From contig NC_047019.1 in NCBI RefSeq assembly GCF_902652985.1, positions 24,738,001-24,802,000 on the forward strand: 64,000 bases of DNA. The letters run 5' to 3'. The DNA is from Pecten maximus. Taxonomy: Eukaryota. Below are positions 1 through 14,130 of the stretch, piece after piece. The notes beneath the pieces are model-generated. The model had not been told where the DNA came from, searched no databases, and saw only the letters and a program-made list of their open reading frames with translations. The position numbers and the translations under genes are program-made. The stretch's first letter is position 1, and the number at the start of each line of letters is the position of its first letter.

Positions 1-200
1 CTAGAACGATATGCTCAGATTTCAGGACTTAAAGTTAATAGGGATAAAACCTCAGTTATTTGGATTGGGTCAAAAAAGTTTAGTGTAGAAGTGTACCACC
101 ATAGATGGAAATTACAGTAGGAAAAAACGGATTTTACTTTGCTAGGAAAAGATTTCTCTGTTACTTTATATAACATGACAACTATAAACTATAAAAAAAA
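1..200 (+). mobile_element. Degenerate L1/Tx1-like LINE ORF2 fragment (end of RT domain)
   Basis: Frame 1 reads LERYAQISGLKVNRDKTSVIWIGSKK...*EKTDFTLLGKDF, matching the SGLKIN..KT...WIG...LG.F pattern of L1/Tx1 RT; in-frame stop; truncated by the window edge. Confidence 0.7.
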
Positions 201-239
201 AAAACATTAACGAATTTTGATAGCATTCTCAATTAATCA

Positions 240-1384
240 TATATTTGTGACATATGAATTACACCCAATGATAGAAAATGCGAGTACAAATATGACGATG
301 TTTAAACAATTACACGTGACGAATATTACTACCAAAGTCAAGATTTACTTTAAAAAGTACGTGCACCTTTGATATACTACTATACTTTATCTTTATGTAT
401 GCTTGATAACCACGGCATTGCATAGAACGTTATAAAATAACCTTATACACATCATTCGATCGGCTGATGTCAATTACGACAACAGTAAACAAAACAGTTC
501 GAATAGAAAACAGTTTAAGATTATCATTTCATTTATCTTATTTATTTTTACTAAGGATAGTGTCTGCTTCTAAGTTTATGATAATTGCACAGTCTACTTC
601 ATCCAATCATCCTTTAAAAATTCCTCATAACAAACATCCCACATCAGATGGCATATAACACGTTAGGAAACCGTCATAAGCTGTTAGCTGACGGTTCACT
701 TTAAATATGACGTTTTGTAGGCGTCACATGTATTGTTACGTGAAACAAGAGGCGTGGAATAAGTCCCATGTTTTAGTTTATAACATAATTAAATATGCTA
801 TTTAATTTTCATTTTCATTTCCTCTCTTTCTTTAGCGAACATTACGACATTAGGAACCCACATATCTTACATATGAAATCTGCGTTTGCAAATCGTTTAT
901 CTGAATTGCTTATTTATATATATATTGCTTATGTTTAATAACGTATTTAGCATTATTTGCAACTTCTTATTTGACAGCTATCACTTCATTAAATCAGTTT
1001 TGCCTCAGCATTGCCTTACAATGATGCGTGAGCTATTTACTTAATCTTCAATATATATTTCCCTTTTTTCTTGTGCACCAGGAAATGCTAATCTTTCAGG
1101 AATATCTTAGTCGTTTCCACATATTTCGATTGACAATAATGGCGTCTTTCTATTTTTCTTTCTTTTTTTTCTCTTTGATTTAATAATACCACCAACACTA
1201 CCATATGACTTATATAGAATGAACAGCATCCTCCATCAAAATGTTTTCTTTATTGATTTGAAATATACTTACGAAACAAGGAGTCAATATGACGGTTAAT
1301 CAAGAAAAGTGTGAATTTTCAATCATGCTATAATCGATCATTTAACAGTGACATTAAGCGTTCCCTCCGACATCTTATCAAATT
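240..1384 (-). pseudogene. Non-coding relic of the Kazal cluster (intron module plus 3'UTR/downstream homology)
   Basis: 240-800 aligns by eye with Kazal A intron sequence at 39675-40280 and 36810-37350. About 880-1384 aligns with 46850-47392 (gene B 3'UTR including the TTTATT polyA signal, up to the stop). No coding exon remains. Confidence 0.6.
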
Positions 1385-1604
1385 CGCGGTGGCCAATTGG
1401 TTAAGGTGTCTCGAAACTTTATCACTAGGCCTCCACCTCTGCGTTGCGAGTTCAAAACCTACGTGGGGAGTTGCCAGTTACTGACCGTAGGCCGTTGGTT
1501 TTACTCCGGGTACTCCGTCTTTCCTCAACCTCCAAAACCTGGCACGTCCTTAAATGACCCTGTTATTAGGATGTTAAACAAAATAAACCAAACCAAACCA
1601 AACC
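1385..1604 (+). mobile_element. tRNA-derived SINE with V-domain-like core
   Basis: A-box TGGCCAATTGG, B-box GAGTTCAAAAC, core GGTTTTACTCCGGGTACTCCGTCTTTCCTC, and (AAACC)n tail. Confidence 0.85.
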
Positions 1605-3810
1605 TGTATGTGTATTTCCTAGTACCAGGACATTTTGGCGCGATACTAACAAAAGCATTATGCATTCAAATTGACAAAGAAATACTTTTATATGGAGTGA
1701 ATTTATGTCTTTAGTACTGTTTCAACATAAAATATATCGCCTGTATTGCATGAAACTTTTGGTTTGCTATAGAAATCCGTTGTCCGGGAAGGTAAGGGGT
1801 ATAGGTGGACAATTAGAAAATAATACGGGCCACAACAGAGAGCGAAGCAGAAATAAACCTACATTCTCTGTTTAACTTTGAAGATGTCAAAGGTACAGGA
1901 TATTGAAATAATTTGCAATATTTCCCATATGTGGTTTTGAAAAAATAAGGCGCAATTTTGTATGAAGAAACGGCTATGGAATGTTCTAAATTTTTCCAAG
2001 GTTATATTTGTAATTTCATTTTGTTATTTTTTAATACATTGAGGTAGTAAGTGATTTATTACACACACACACACCTTTCCATTGTGAGAGGCAGGAAATG
2101 TGGTTAAACAGGTTTGACAACCTATGCCTATCATCGGGAACACCTGGTTATTGTTCATATTGAAGGAGCACTCAACCTTGATTTCACTAGGCACCTGTTG
2201 AACAATGTCACTACAAGTAGGCATGTTAGCCACAGTATATTGCTTGTAAAAACCATACTTTCGGTAATGCAGACAACAAAACGAATACTAATCTTTAATA
2301 CCTTAAAGATGAACGCAGCCCAAAAAGGCAACCAGTACCGAAGTCCAAATCACCACAAACAAAATATTCAGCGTCGATATCCCTCCGATGTTACACGTGT
2401 ATCATCACGTGATCTTGCGACATAAAACTATTGACAAGTATAGTACTGCTTTTCATGAGTACATTCCATGCGTTACAGGAAGCATAGTCTCCCCATCTAC
2501 TGTTTTAGATCAGACATCATCACATTGCACTGGAATATTTCTAAAAGCATTTTCGTACATTACTGGAGTTTACCTAATAGTAAGTATTAATACTTAATTT
2601 GATGATAAATTTGATATATTTCCACTATGAATAATTTTCATGAATATCTTTAAAAGCAGTACCTAGAAATTTATGGAATATCACTGCTTGATATATTTTT
2701 TTCACACTCTGACGCTCATTTAAGTTTGCTGTTCCAATAGTCCTAAACATCCTCTAGCTAGAGTTAAAATGAAGACACGAAAATGAGGTTGAGGGAAAAG
2801 AGACAAACGGACACAGAAAACTAAAATATAGAAAGAGGACAGTAGAAAAATAAACAATGTTACAAAAGTGACAAGAGATAAATTTTGTTTTCTTAAATAT
2901 TCCTTAATTATATATATATATATATACATATATAACATGACCTCAATTCCACAAAGGGCTACATGTACGTTTAGTCGCATACATGGTACTAAGCAGTAAA
3001 TTAAAGTTAACATTATTCGGGGCTCTTTAACATCACCAAACAAATATGATGAAATTGGTAATGGTTGACCTTTCCAAAATATAATCAAATTATATAGATA
3101 TATTATTATTCTTTTTTCTTTATATCTACGTCTATCTACATTCGTGTGGCAATGATACTACACTCTTATCTCATACTCATTAAATGTTTCCGTTATGTTG
3201 TAGTAGAGAATCGGGGATGTTACTGTCTAGAAATGGGAAATTAGGAATAAAGAAATTGAAATCATCACGCGTATCATACATTCTATTGGTCAGTTGTCTC
3301 GACTATGTAATCAAATATCGAGATTAGACATTAATGCTGAAGAGCCTGAAGTGTCTTTGGTTTCAATTTTACCTGGCATACCCGGCCGAAATAGCCCCTA
3401 AGGTTTTTGTCATTTAAGACAATGCATCATCAATAACCCTCTAGATGAAATTTGATGACTTCACAAGGTCTCTTGTAAAGTAGATAAGTTTACATTAAAT
3501 AAATCAATATTAGGTGCACTACATAAAATAATGAAAATATACATATGCAGTGATTGGAACTGTTTCTAATTGAACCCTATCAATAGATTTTACTACACTC
3601 ATTCATATAAACATATTGCGTTCTGATCTCTTGTTTGATATAAGGTGTGACTGAGCGATACATGATCTCGTGTATATCATATGCAGGTACAACTAATAAG
3701 GTGAGATACAAACGATTATTTATAAAAGGGATCTCAGTTTTATCGATATATATTATTGTGCCTTTGATAATATGTTTTATATTTCAGCATCGATAAAGAT
3801 AAACGGTACT

Positions 3811-6800
3811 ATGGTAAACCTCGATGAATTAATACCCAAACTTGGAGGTTTCGGATACTACCAGAAAAGGTTATTTCTACTGCTAATAATACCAACAGCA
3901 ACAGCGGCAATGTTCATGATCATGATGGTGTTTGCTCTGTATACACCGAATCACAGGTAATTTAGTATAAGTCTATGCTAATAATATCACACGATAATTC
4001 AACTATTTAAACATTGCTTCTTAAGGAACTGATTAATAAATATGAGATTAAAACAAAAATTCGTTTATAAATTGTTGCGTTATCGGTTTTAAATTTTGAA
4101 TAGGGCATAACTTAATTTCAACAGACAATGACGAACTGACTAATCCATAGTGCATGTCGTAGTCAACACTATATACCAACCTCAATTATCGCAGCCATAG
4201 AATAGCGAAAACTGCTAAAATAAAAATGGAATGATATAAACCAGTGCTGTATTTCATTATTGCTGGATGATTATATTCTTATTTTACCAGCTGTAAGCGT
4301 CCCCACGACTCCAGTAGCTTCAATGATTCCCGGAGTGTCCGGTTCACTGCCTCCGAGTGCACTCTACGACAGGAGGGAGACGAACAGCTTAATTCCTCAA
4401 ATGCTGCTTTATACAATGTCTCACGCCATATAACAACATTGCCGTGTTCAGAATGGGACTATGATGATGACGTATTTAAGGAAACATTTACAACTGAAGT
4501 AGGTATATTACAAGTGTAGGAGCCGTGGCCACTTATTTAGCCATAATCGAGATTATAAACTCGGGCTCAACGTGTCTACTTGTGTAAATAATAAACTACT
4601 CACAATTAATAACTAATATTTCAGATTATAAGAGAGACACATACAAACGGATACAAAGAAATAACGAGGCCCCTTACCTAAAATAACACCGCTGGGACAC
4701 ATTAATTCACAGCATCAGCTACTTTGGTTCGCACCGTGACCCGTGAACAGCGACAGCTCAAAGAGCGAGTTTAATTAACGATATAACACGACAGCGAATG
4801 CATGACAAGTTTAGAAGCCGGCCAATCAGCGCACGTCTACTTAATTGTCTTATCCCGCATGGACGACACACGAGTGACAGTGAATAAGTCCCAGCAGCAG
4901 CAATACACAAATAGCAAGAATATTAGGTATACACACTCGCATAATCACATGGCTCGCCGGTCTTCACCCATCACGGACTCACTACATACATACATTTCCT
5001 AGTATAGTACACATACATGCAAACACACAATGTCATGATCATCCATCGTATAAACATGCCAAACTTTTACACACTTTCATTTCTGGCTACTTTTCTGCAT
5101 GAAGATACATGTATATACAGCTTGACATAATACATAGTGTTTCCGCTATATAACAGTCTACTCATGACAGGCGTATTCATCAGTGTCATTTAGCATCTTG
5201 ATAGGCCAACAGGTCAAGGTCAAAGTCATCCACAGAATGAACATCCGGAGTGCCTTGATTAAGATAAGTGGCAATAGCTCGGGTGGGCACACTAATACTC
5301 CCTTGGGACACATACTTTGAGTTATGAACCCTCTCACCTGTGTAAACCATCCTTTTGGTGTCTTCCTACTCCACTTGGTTTTTCCGCACATTATTTCTCT
5401 ACACCTGGGACACCGGATGCTCGGTATTGTCCGGGCAGGTAACTCGGTACGTTTTTATTTATCTGGTCTTCCTTCACTCAGGAGCCGGATATCCCCCTCC
5501 CCCTCCCCTCCCCTCCCCCCTCACCCCTCACCCCTAACCCCAACCCACCCCCCTTCCACCCCCTTCCACCCCCTTTCCACAAGGGATTGGTGTCCTGCTG
5601 GATAAATTTCAATAGGAGGCGTGACCTCATTCGTATAGCCATTACCCAGGGTCACGAAATGCTAAGATAGAGATAGAAACGTACTGTTAACTTAAGAAGC
5701 GTGAAGCGCAAGGGTTTAGGCGAAACAGTCTCTAAACGGATTGTGAATAAATATCCGATATATTAAAAACTTAGTTTTTTGTGTTTGCAGCATAGCCTCG
5801 TGTGCCAAGAAAGCTATAAGATATCCCATGCACAAGTGATATTCTACTTCGGTGTTGTGATAGGAGACATACTATTTGGGCAGATGTCTGATTTGTAAGT
5901 TTGCGATTGAATATGTCTTGACATCTACATAAATTGCAAATAAAGATATGCAACCACTGTATCATTTAATCCTTTTTTACTGTAGTTACAGATACCCACT
6001 GGTTTTACTATTATTAAATTGATAGGAAAACAAATAAAGGAAAGTACACATTTTTTTTTATTTTAATGGAAACCCATTTGTGTATATAATAACAAGTATA
6101 TCATTTCAATTATATTGAAGATACGTCATTGCAAAAATAGCATTAAACAACTGATAATTACTTGGATGATTGATGGCTAATTGTGATATTTTATTTGTTT
6201 TTAACAGTATTGGGCGAAAAAAGACATTGGTTATAACCATGTTCGTCTTGTTTGTGTCCGGATTATCGGGGTCCTTTTCTCCGGAGTATTATAGCTTTGT
6301 GGTTATACATTTCGTCGTTGGAACCGCTTGCAAGGGATGCTTGGTTTTGTCTTTTGTTATGGGTAAGAAGTATTGACATATTTCATTTTCACGTGTTAAA
6401 CTAACCTTTTGGCGTAAATAAACCTATAAGTATAACTACAGCTGAACCAAAATCTCTATTCCTATTGTACTTTATATAGATATATATATGTGTGACTTTT
6501 GTAGCATCTCTATATACGATAACGCCGGACAACCAACATATGTTGTGTCCATTTCAATAGAAATAAAACTTACTCCCCAGAACGATATGGATTTTATATT
6601 TTGTAGGGTTTGAGTTTGTTGGTCCAGATATGCGTGTATGGCTCAGTCAAGCTCTCAATATTGTATTTGGACTGGCACTGTGCTCACTTTGTGGTTTGGG
6701 GATTCTTATAAAAAATTGGCAGTACATACAGATAACATGCACCATACCAACAATTTTGTTCACACTCTTGTGGTTGTAAGTAGATTTGATCTAAGTTATA

Positions 6801-9800
6801 GTAAGTCAGTGTTTGGAATATTGTGAAATATCTAAAGAAGATAAATAAATCTAAGATCAATAATTATGAATGAATGATATATATCTATACTATTATCCTT
6901 TATTTGTTTTATTGAATCAATTTGATTTTATGTATAATATACCTTTTTTTCATACGATCACTGTATTGATTTTTTCTTTCGCGATGAAAACACACGTGAT
7001 GTCAAAAATTACGTAATTGTGTGTTCGTCGTCGCTTTCACTTTATTTTATATCAATGCATTAAGAGCTGTTTCGTTGTCTCTATATTTTAAGTTTGAATA
7101 CAGCATATGGCAAAAGATTTTATGAAATTATTTAGGCAATGCTTCCGGGGTACCTTGTAAATGGCGTATTACTGTTGCAGTACTCTAGACGAGTCACCAA
7201 GATGGCTCTTGAGTAAAGGAAGGACAGAAGAAGCAAAATCAGTATTACAAAAAATTGCACGAATCAACAAGGTGACGCCTGATGGAAATCTTCTTCAACA
7301 ACTAGAACATGAAAAAAGTACACACACAGAAAAAATATCGAGTTTGTTTAAAAACAGAACCCTTGCTATACGAACATTGGTTGTCTCTTTTAATTGGTAA
7401 GCATCAAAGCGGGGGGAAATTTAGTAAAAATATCAGATTTCCAACGGATATCTAAGCGTTTCAGAATATTTTGAAATGTAGAATATGTGTATACAGCCTA
7501 TAGACAATTTTATTCAACCACCAATTGTGATATATAATGAAATTATGTCACTTTTAATGAGTTTAAAAAAAGGAACTTTTAACCTCGGGTGACATTTTCC
7601 CGAAATAGCATCATCCTAGCATAAAAAATATGAAAGCGGATAGCTTGTTTTAAGTGTACAATATAGCTTGTATTGGCGGTATTCAGTATATGCTTCATAC
7701 TTGAACTATTGTGTGATCAAATTATTTGGATGGTCAATGACTTTAAACCAAAATTAATTGTCATATGGATTATAACAGGCAGACTGTGAGCACATCCGGT
7801 CAACGTGACCTCCTAGTAGGGAACATTGAACAAGTATCTTAGCAAGGCCTTTATTCGAATGGCCAATGAACAAAGATGTCGTATACGATCCTCTGTAGAA
7901 AACACACGTATTTTTTATAAAGCCTGTACTCTATGTTGATTTACAATGCATCACGTGTTTAATGTATACCTACAATTCGTAGTTAGGAAGAGATTCCTAA
8001 ACCTGAAGACGCCCGACTAATCAAACAGTTATGGTTTGAAATATATGGGTGTCTTATTAACTTTACAGTTCAAATATGTATTTGCAATCTTATCACAGTA
8101 CAACATTGTCTTTGCATGTTGTATTAGGTTTGGAGTGGGGATGACATATTACGGTGTGTTTATTCATGCTGAAAATCTAGGAGGCAATTTTTACCTGGCT
8201 ATTTTCCTTCTGTCCGTGATAGAAATCCCAATACTTTTAATCAATTTGTACCTGTTAAACAAATTTGGAAGGAGGAGAGTACACTGTTTAACAATGATGA
8301 CAGGAGGACTAGCGTGTATATGTTCCATATTCCCTGTGATATTTGGGGGAGAAGGTAAGACACACGATCAATTTAGTACAAGTTAAAAACAAATACTGAT
8401 TTTACCGAACTGGCACAATTACACAACGACGCTTGAATACAGCCAACACAGGAAGCTTTATCATTTTGTCATAGAACACATAAGATCTTTTGATCTTTCG
8501 GTTAAATATTCACTACTCATTATCTGGCAAGCTGTCGTGTCTTATAGATTATAACATTGGTCATCATTTGAACTATTGTGAATTGTTACAACGCTAAAAA
8601 AATAATTAAAATCATAAACATATACAGACATTTTCTTGAAATCACTATGTCATAATGAGATGCCCATTGCCGGTAAGCGGCTACATTTTGTGATGTATTA
8701 TTTTTCTTGAAATTACATTTTCGGTCGAGTTGAGGAGTGTCTCTGAATTATTACATTTCGAAATTTCGAAATTACATCGGATATGTCCTAACATTTGCGG
8801 ATCATAATTCATCATGTTTATATATAACCGAGTTTCACATCGATTGTCATTCAGAACTACAACCACTCATCCTTGCTCTTGCTGTCATCGGGAAAATGGG
8901 GGCATCTGGTGCCTTTGGGTCCATTTATGTCATTTCTGGGGAGGTGTTTCCAACAGTTGTTCGGAATGGAGCCGTGGGTGTAAGCTCTTGTTTTGCAAGG
9001 ATAGGGACTATGCTAGCTCCCTATATAGCAAAACTGGTAAGACAACCTGCTGTATTCGTGTTTTGTATCTAAATATTCCTTTGCAGTTCATAGGCAAAGA
9101 TATAAAGCAATTACTCTGGTAAATCACACATTGCCCGTGCTTTCTGTATTACAAATGACGTTTTTTTAAGAAAGGTTAACATCGATCTATATTAATATTA
9201 TGCTTAGGATTAATCACGAAAAAGGATACAATAATACTTTGTGATTAGATAACTATCAGACATATCATTGCAAAATAGTACGTCATGTCTTATAAATTAT
9301 TAATTAAAGCAAGTGTTTGAAATAGAAATATTTCATTGTGATTAGTCGCAATAGGTTTTTTTTTTTTTATTATTTATTTATCGATTACGATTTGCAGGGC
9401 ACAGTTGGTGTAGGCAGTTATGGGAAAGCTATCCCTCTAATTGTGTTTGGAGCTTGTTCGATCACGGCTGGACTTTTTGCGTTATTACTACCAGAAACAA
9501 TGGGTTGCCGACTTCCAGACACAATAGAGGAAGCAGTGGACTTCAAATTGTAAATATGAACTTTGTCTAATGGATTGATACATGTAAAGTTCAAGGTTCA
9601 AGCTGTATTATAGTTTTGTATGCTTTTACAATCAACGATCAGGTCGCAATTTCCCTATGTATTTTCTGCATGAAGTCTGTGAATAAACGGTAACGTTTTA
9701 AACATATACTTTCATTTGTAATTTATTATAAACATAGTGTCATTACAAAAGCTTGATGCCAGTGGGATGCTTAACACATGTTTTGTTCTTATATTCCTCT

Positions 9801-9873
9801 TCTATTTAGGTTACGAGAAGACCAAAACTCGAAAAGTGAGACTGAGGAGCTGAGAAGTATGATAGAAAACTAA
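3811..9873 (+). CDS. SLC22 / organic cation transporter (Orct-like) MFS protein, 10 coding exons, about 540 aa
   Basis: Exons 3811-3956, 4291-4498, 5791-5894, 6208-6362, 6607-6775, 7181-7396, 8128-8354, 8855-9036, 9398-9549, 9810-9873, all GT-AG and phase-consistent (1623 nt). Motifs: GGFGYYQ, CSEWDYD..F..TFTTE, LVC, SDFIGRK, ESPRWL, FGRR, EVFPTVVR, LPETMG. Confidence 0.95.
4515..4986. mobile_element. Possible solo-LTR-like insertion in transporter intron 2
   Basis: Begins TGTAGGAGCCGTG and ends CACGGACTCACTACA (TG...CA with imperfect inverted termini); higher GC than its flanks; no TSD found. Confidence 0.4.
5493..5580. repeat. C-rich low-complexity tract (G-runs on the minus strand)
   Basis: More than ten runs of C3-C6 (CCCCT / CCCCTTCCA units). 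Confidence 0.8.
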
Positions 9874-11467
9874 AGTAGATTCGACATCTTACAATTTACA
9901 TAAATGCTACATGATTGAAACCTGATTTAACAACTCACAATTTGTGTATAGGGTATACTAGTATTATGTGTACTATGTAAAGAAGTAGTTAGATATGCCT
10001 TAAGTTTCAAATATAGAAATGCATTATGTACTAGTTGACCTTTGCCGGATATATTCATATTAGCGAAATGCATGATGTTTCATTTTTGTGAGATTTGCAC
10101 AAATGCTGTTTGATGTTGTTACCACCAACAACCCTACGGTAGGGTGATTGAATTTGGTGGGATATTAAATGCAAAAGAAGTTATGTAGTATGGCCGTGCG
10201 ATTACCACAGATACACCAGCTTCTTCTGGCATTATGATGAGAACACAGCAATTAATCGATCACCTGAACAGAGGTCATCTTTTTAGGTCATTTAAATAAA
10301 AGTCGGGTGTTTTACACTGATCACAATGACAACCTTTATTGTGTTTTGGTTATTTGCTTAGTCATTTCCGTACATGTGAACGGTAACACAGTTAAGAATA
10401 TACACATGTCCTTGGCATTCTTATATAATCAAATATTGAAAATTATGCATTTTATAAATTTATTGAGCTACTGGTACTCACCTTTCCAGGGTTTTGCCTT
10501 TCTTTTCTCCTGTTTTAGATATTTTCAGTCGCCTTCAGAATTTCAATACCCCAGAAATGACGAGTCATATGAGGACGAATAACTGCATGATTCAATTTAT
10601 GTATTTATTAATTTTTATTTTCTTCTTCTTTTTCGAAATTACAATTTGTGTTGAAAGGTGCTTATATCTTGTGTGTCTTTTCGACAATCCCTAGAATGGC
10701 TTATTATATAAATTTAAGGTTTTAAATTGAACAACTACATATTAGTCTAACTTGGAGCCAAAACGCTTATTTATTATTATTTATTATTAAATGGACTGTT
10801 TTGATTTTTTGATAAACACGCACTGAATTTAAGTAACACTTGTATATGAATGATAGAGACTGATTGTGAAGCATTTGTAGATAATTCATGACTTTTCTTT
10901 ATTAAAAAATAAAAACATAAACTAATACATTGGAATGCATTTAATACACTAATTATTTTGATGGTTTAATATTCTAATAATCAAAGTTATTTGATTTTTA
11001 TAACTTGCAAGATGTTTTACACTGTTTGACAATACCAAGGGGAAGTAATTCTTAAAATTATTCTATTTTTTGAAACAACCAGTCAAAAACATTTTGTACA
11101 ATTTATTTTTCAGTATGACTTTTTATCGGTAATCAAGTTATCCTATTTTAGCCAATCAGAGAATGTGGAAAACAGGATTTTATAATAGTACAGTTTACAT
11201 ATATTGTAATTTACGCTATGGAATAAATATCTATCAATGTCATTTACAGAAAATAAATTTAAAACAGATAACAAGGAATAATACATGGAATAATTTATGT
11301 GGGTACAAAATACAACACTTCACATTTTAATGACTGACAAAATAAATAAGCTGAGATCAAAATTTGTTAATAAATAATTGATAAAATAGGTAATGATGAA
11401 AATGAACAACTGACATCTTTCTTCTTCGAAATACCATCAAATAATTTTGATGTAGTTTCGTAGTGGT

Positions 11468-12756
11468 TCATTTCTTGCCGCCAAAAGATACTCTTTTCAT
11501 TTTTATACTGCCCGGAACTGTCTTATAACACAAGACGGCAAAACAGCCATATAGAACACAGTTTTCCGTTTTTTCTTTTTTCTCTTTTATCCATTTAACT
11601 CTCTTCCTCAAAAATAATGTTTATTTTGCATAGGTTGGTTCTGTTTATCCGTGAATTAAGGCTGTCCAACTGTAAATATAAAAAAAATTGTTAATGAAAA
11701 ATAAAATGCATCACATGTGTGAATCACATTAACTTAAAAGGGTTTTTATATTGCGGAGTTTTGCCTGTATATGAGGGGTCTACAGAAAGAATAACACTTT
11801 GGCTTACATATCAATTAAACATCTACATGTATAAATAACATGCATACAATTGATATTGAAGGGCTTATATAAACAGGATTCAATTATATGTAAATATTAT
11901 ATATGACAAAATTGTGTTAAATCTATAAACGGTATACAATTTCAAGTTTCACATATATACAGCAAATTAAAGGGTTTCATAAACCTCATACTTAAGGCTC
12001 TACATACAGAGGATCGCTTAGTCAAATATGCTAGATATATATCACTATAAGAGTTGACGATGCATCTTTTATGAAATTAAAGTTTTGTATATTTCTCAGG
12101 GAAAAATCGAATCCAACCTGTATATTAAAGATCGTACAATTACTTTTTTAAAGGACATATATACATACAGGAATTAGATACAAAATACGATTATATTTAT
12201 TCATCAACTTTTAAAAACCTCGTCTTTAATGTATGTTATCACTAAATATTCGAGGAATATTTTATTCAAATGAAGTGATTCACAACTCTTAATTAGTTCT
12301 GAGGAAATTTCGATTTTCTAATTTCACTGCTAAATTATCCATCACTGTAATATTTTGACGATATTTATGTTGAAAATGTTGATTCTAAAACAATATTGGT
12401 AATTTTATCGAATACATGTACTTACCTTCTGGAGCAGTTTTCCACCAATACGTTTTAGGCGATTTAATGTGTTCACATTATCGCGCTTGGTCCGAATATG
12501 ACTGCCAGTGGCACGTTGACTTGCAACTTTTTGTGAAAAATAAAAGACAATAAGATTCAATTTCAATCCAAGCTCAAGTGAGGTAATGGAATACTTAATT
12601 AAAAACATAAATTAAAAAAAAAATTGAATTGTTTATCGTAAATCCCTCTCTAGTGACTAGTATTTCAACAGTATAATTGGTTAAATACTCACCCTCTGTA
12701 GACATAAAGGACAACGTTGAAAGCAAAATAAAAAGCAATATCAATTCGGTTTTCAT
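11468..12756 (-). CDS. Small secreted prepropeptide, 3 exons, C-terminus ambiguous
   Basis: Exon 12756-12693 MKTELILLFILLSTLSFMSTE (signal, phase 1); exon 12526-12426 VASQRATGSHIRTKR-DNVNTLNRLKRIGGKLLQK (phase 0); exon from 11669 LDSLNSRINRTNLCKINIIFEEES* (stop 11597-11595), or with a 1-nt shift continuing to ...KRVSFGGKK* (11470-11468). TATA-like TATATATA near 12841-12848. Confidence 0.7.
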
Positions 12757-14130
12757 CCTGAAGCTGCTTTTTGGTCCAGCGAAGTCAAATTTATGGACTC
12801 TGTAGCGTTTAATGATACCCGACATCGGTGTGTCTATACATATATATACCAATGTACACCCACACATAGCCAGTACAATATAGTATGATAGAGTGGAAGG
12901 GAACTCACCTATCCCTAATGGTAGGTATAGTTACACAAAAACATACGTGAATCATATGTATCAATCCATACTCATTACGGTTATCACATCCTTTCCACAT
13001 AGAAGTAACTATTCACACTATTAAGCAAACATTGAACATACTCTTATAAACCGGTTACTATTCCAATGTTATATATTATATTGAATTACTTGACATGGAT
13101 GATACATGTGAAAGATGACTATGTATTTTGTTAGATCTATGATTTAAATCTATATCTATAAATATAAAAAACGACTGATTCATAACAGTATTAATTATAA
13201 ATGTGTGATGCTTAATGTTATGCCAGTGATATAAATTATATAAAGGCATTCGGTCTTTTGTCTAATTCTCACTATAACTAGTTCTTACGTAAAAATGTAT
13301 TTAAGGTTTCAACCTGAAATAAAGTTGGTATATAATTTTGTTGATTTTGTTGGTGTTGTGGTTGTTGTTGTTGTTATTGTCATACTTTTTTCTACCTTTT
13401 TTCACCAACAAAAGTGACCAATCAGAGAGCACAATAATAAACTACAGACAAAATTAAATGACGTCGCAATATTTTTTGCAACAATTATTTCCGGTTTGTT
13501 TGCGGGAACAGCTAAGTTGTTGCTTCAGATAGCATAGGATGAACGTGTTTCCTGTTTAAAAAATATTTTTTCAGCTTTCCTTGATGTCGTTTAATCCTAT
13601 AAAATATCAAAGGTCAGACCCGCCTCTGCAACTGCTCTCAAGAATATAACAAAATAAACACAATAATTTTGATTATATAAATCATTTATTTTGTACTTGT
13701 TTTGAATTATATTAAAACAGATTTGTGTTGATGTGAGAAAATAGTATAATTATCAGATATTTGCTTTGGGCTGATGATAGATACTAAAGCCTTATCACGT
13801 ACTTGCATATGCTTATAAAATAATGTGACTGGGTACATTATTTTTGTCTGTCCTATACTTAGTAGTTAATTGTTGTTGTAGGTCAGAGAGCTTTAAATTT
13901 TAATTATTTCGATATGATTAATAATTTCCATCCAGTCATCTACCCACTAAAATGAAACACCTCAGCAAAATAATGACTTCCGAAGGAATACCTCCACAGA
14001 GTGTGACTAAATCTGTTTAAATCTAAAGTCGATATGGGTATAATATATTAAATCCGACCACAACCATTACATACCACACATTCGCAAGAACAAAAAAAAG
14101 GTGAAAAGTGGAGGTAGTGGGTATCATTCA

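Noticed and set aside
1750-2580. Possible minus-strand pseudo-exons (e.g. ORF 2024-2233 and a hydrophobic stretch near 2300-2390)
   Set aside because: They contain stops or shifts, give no consistent splice model and match no family I recognise.
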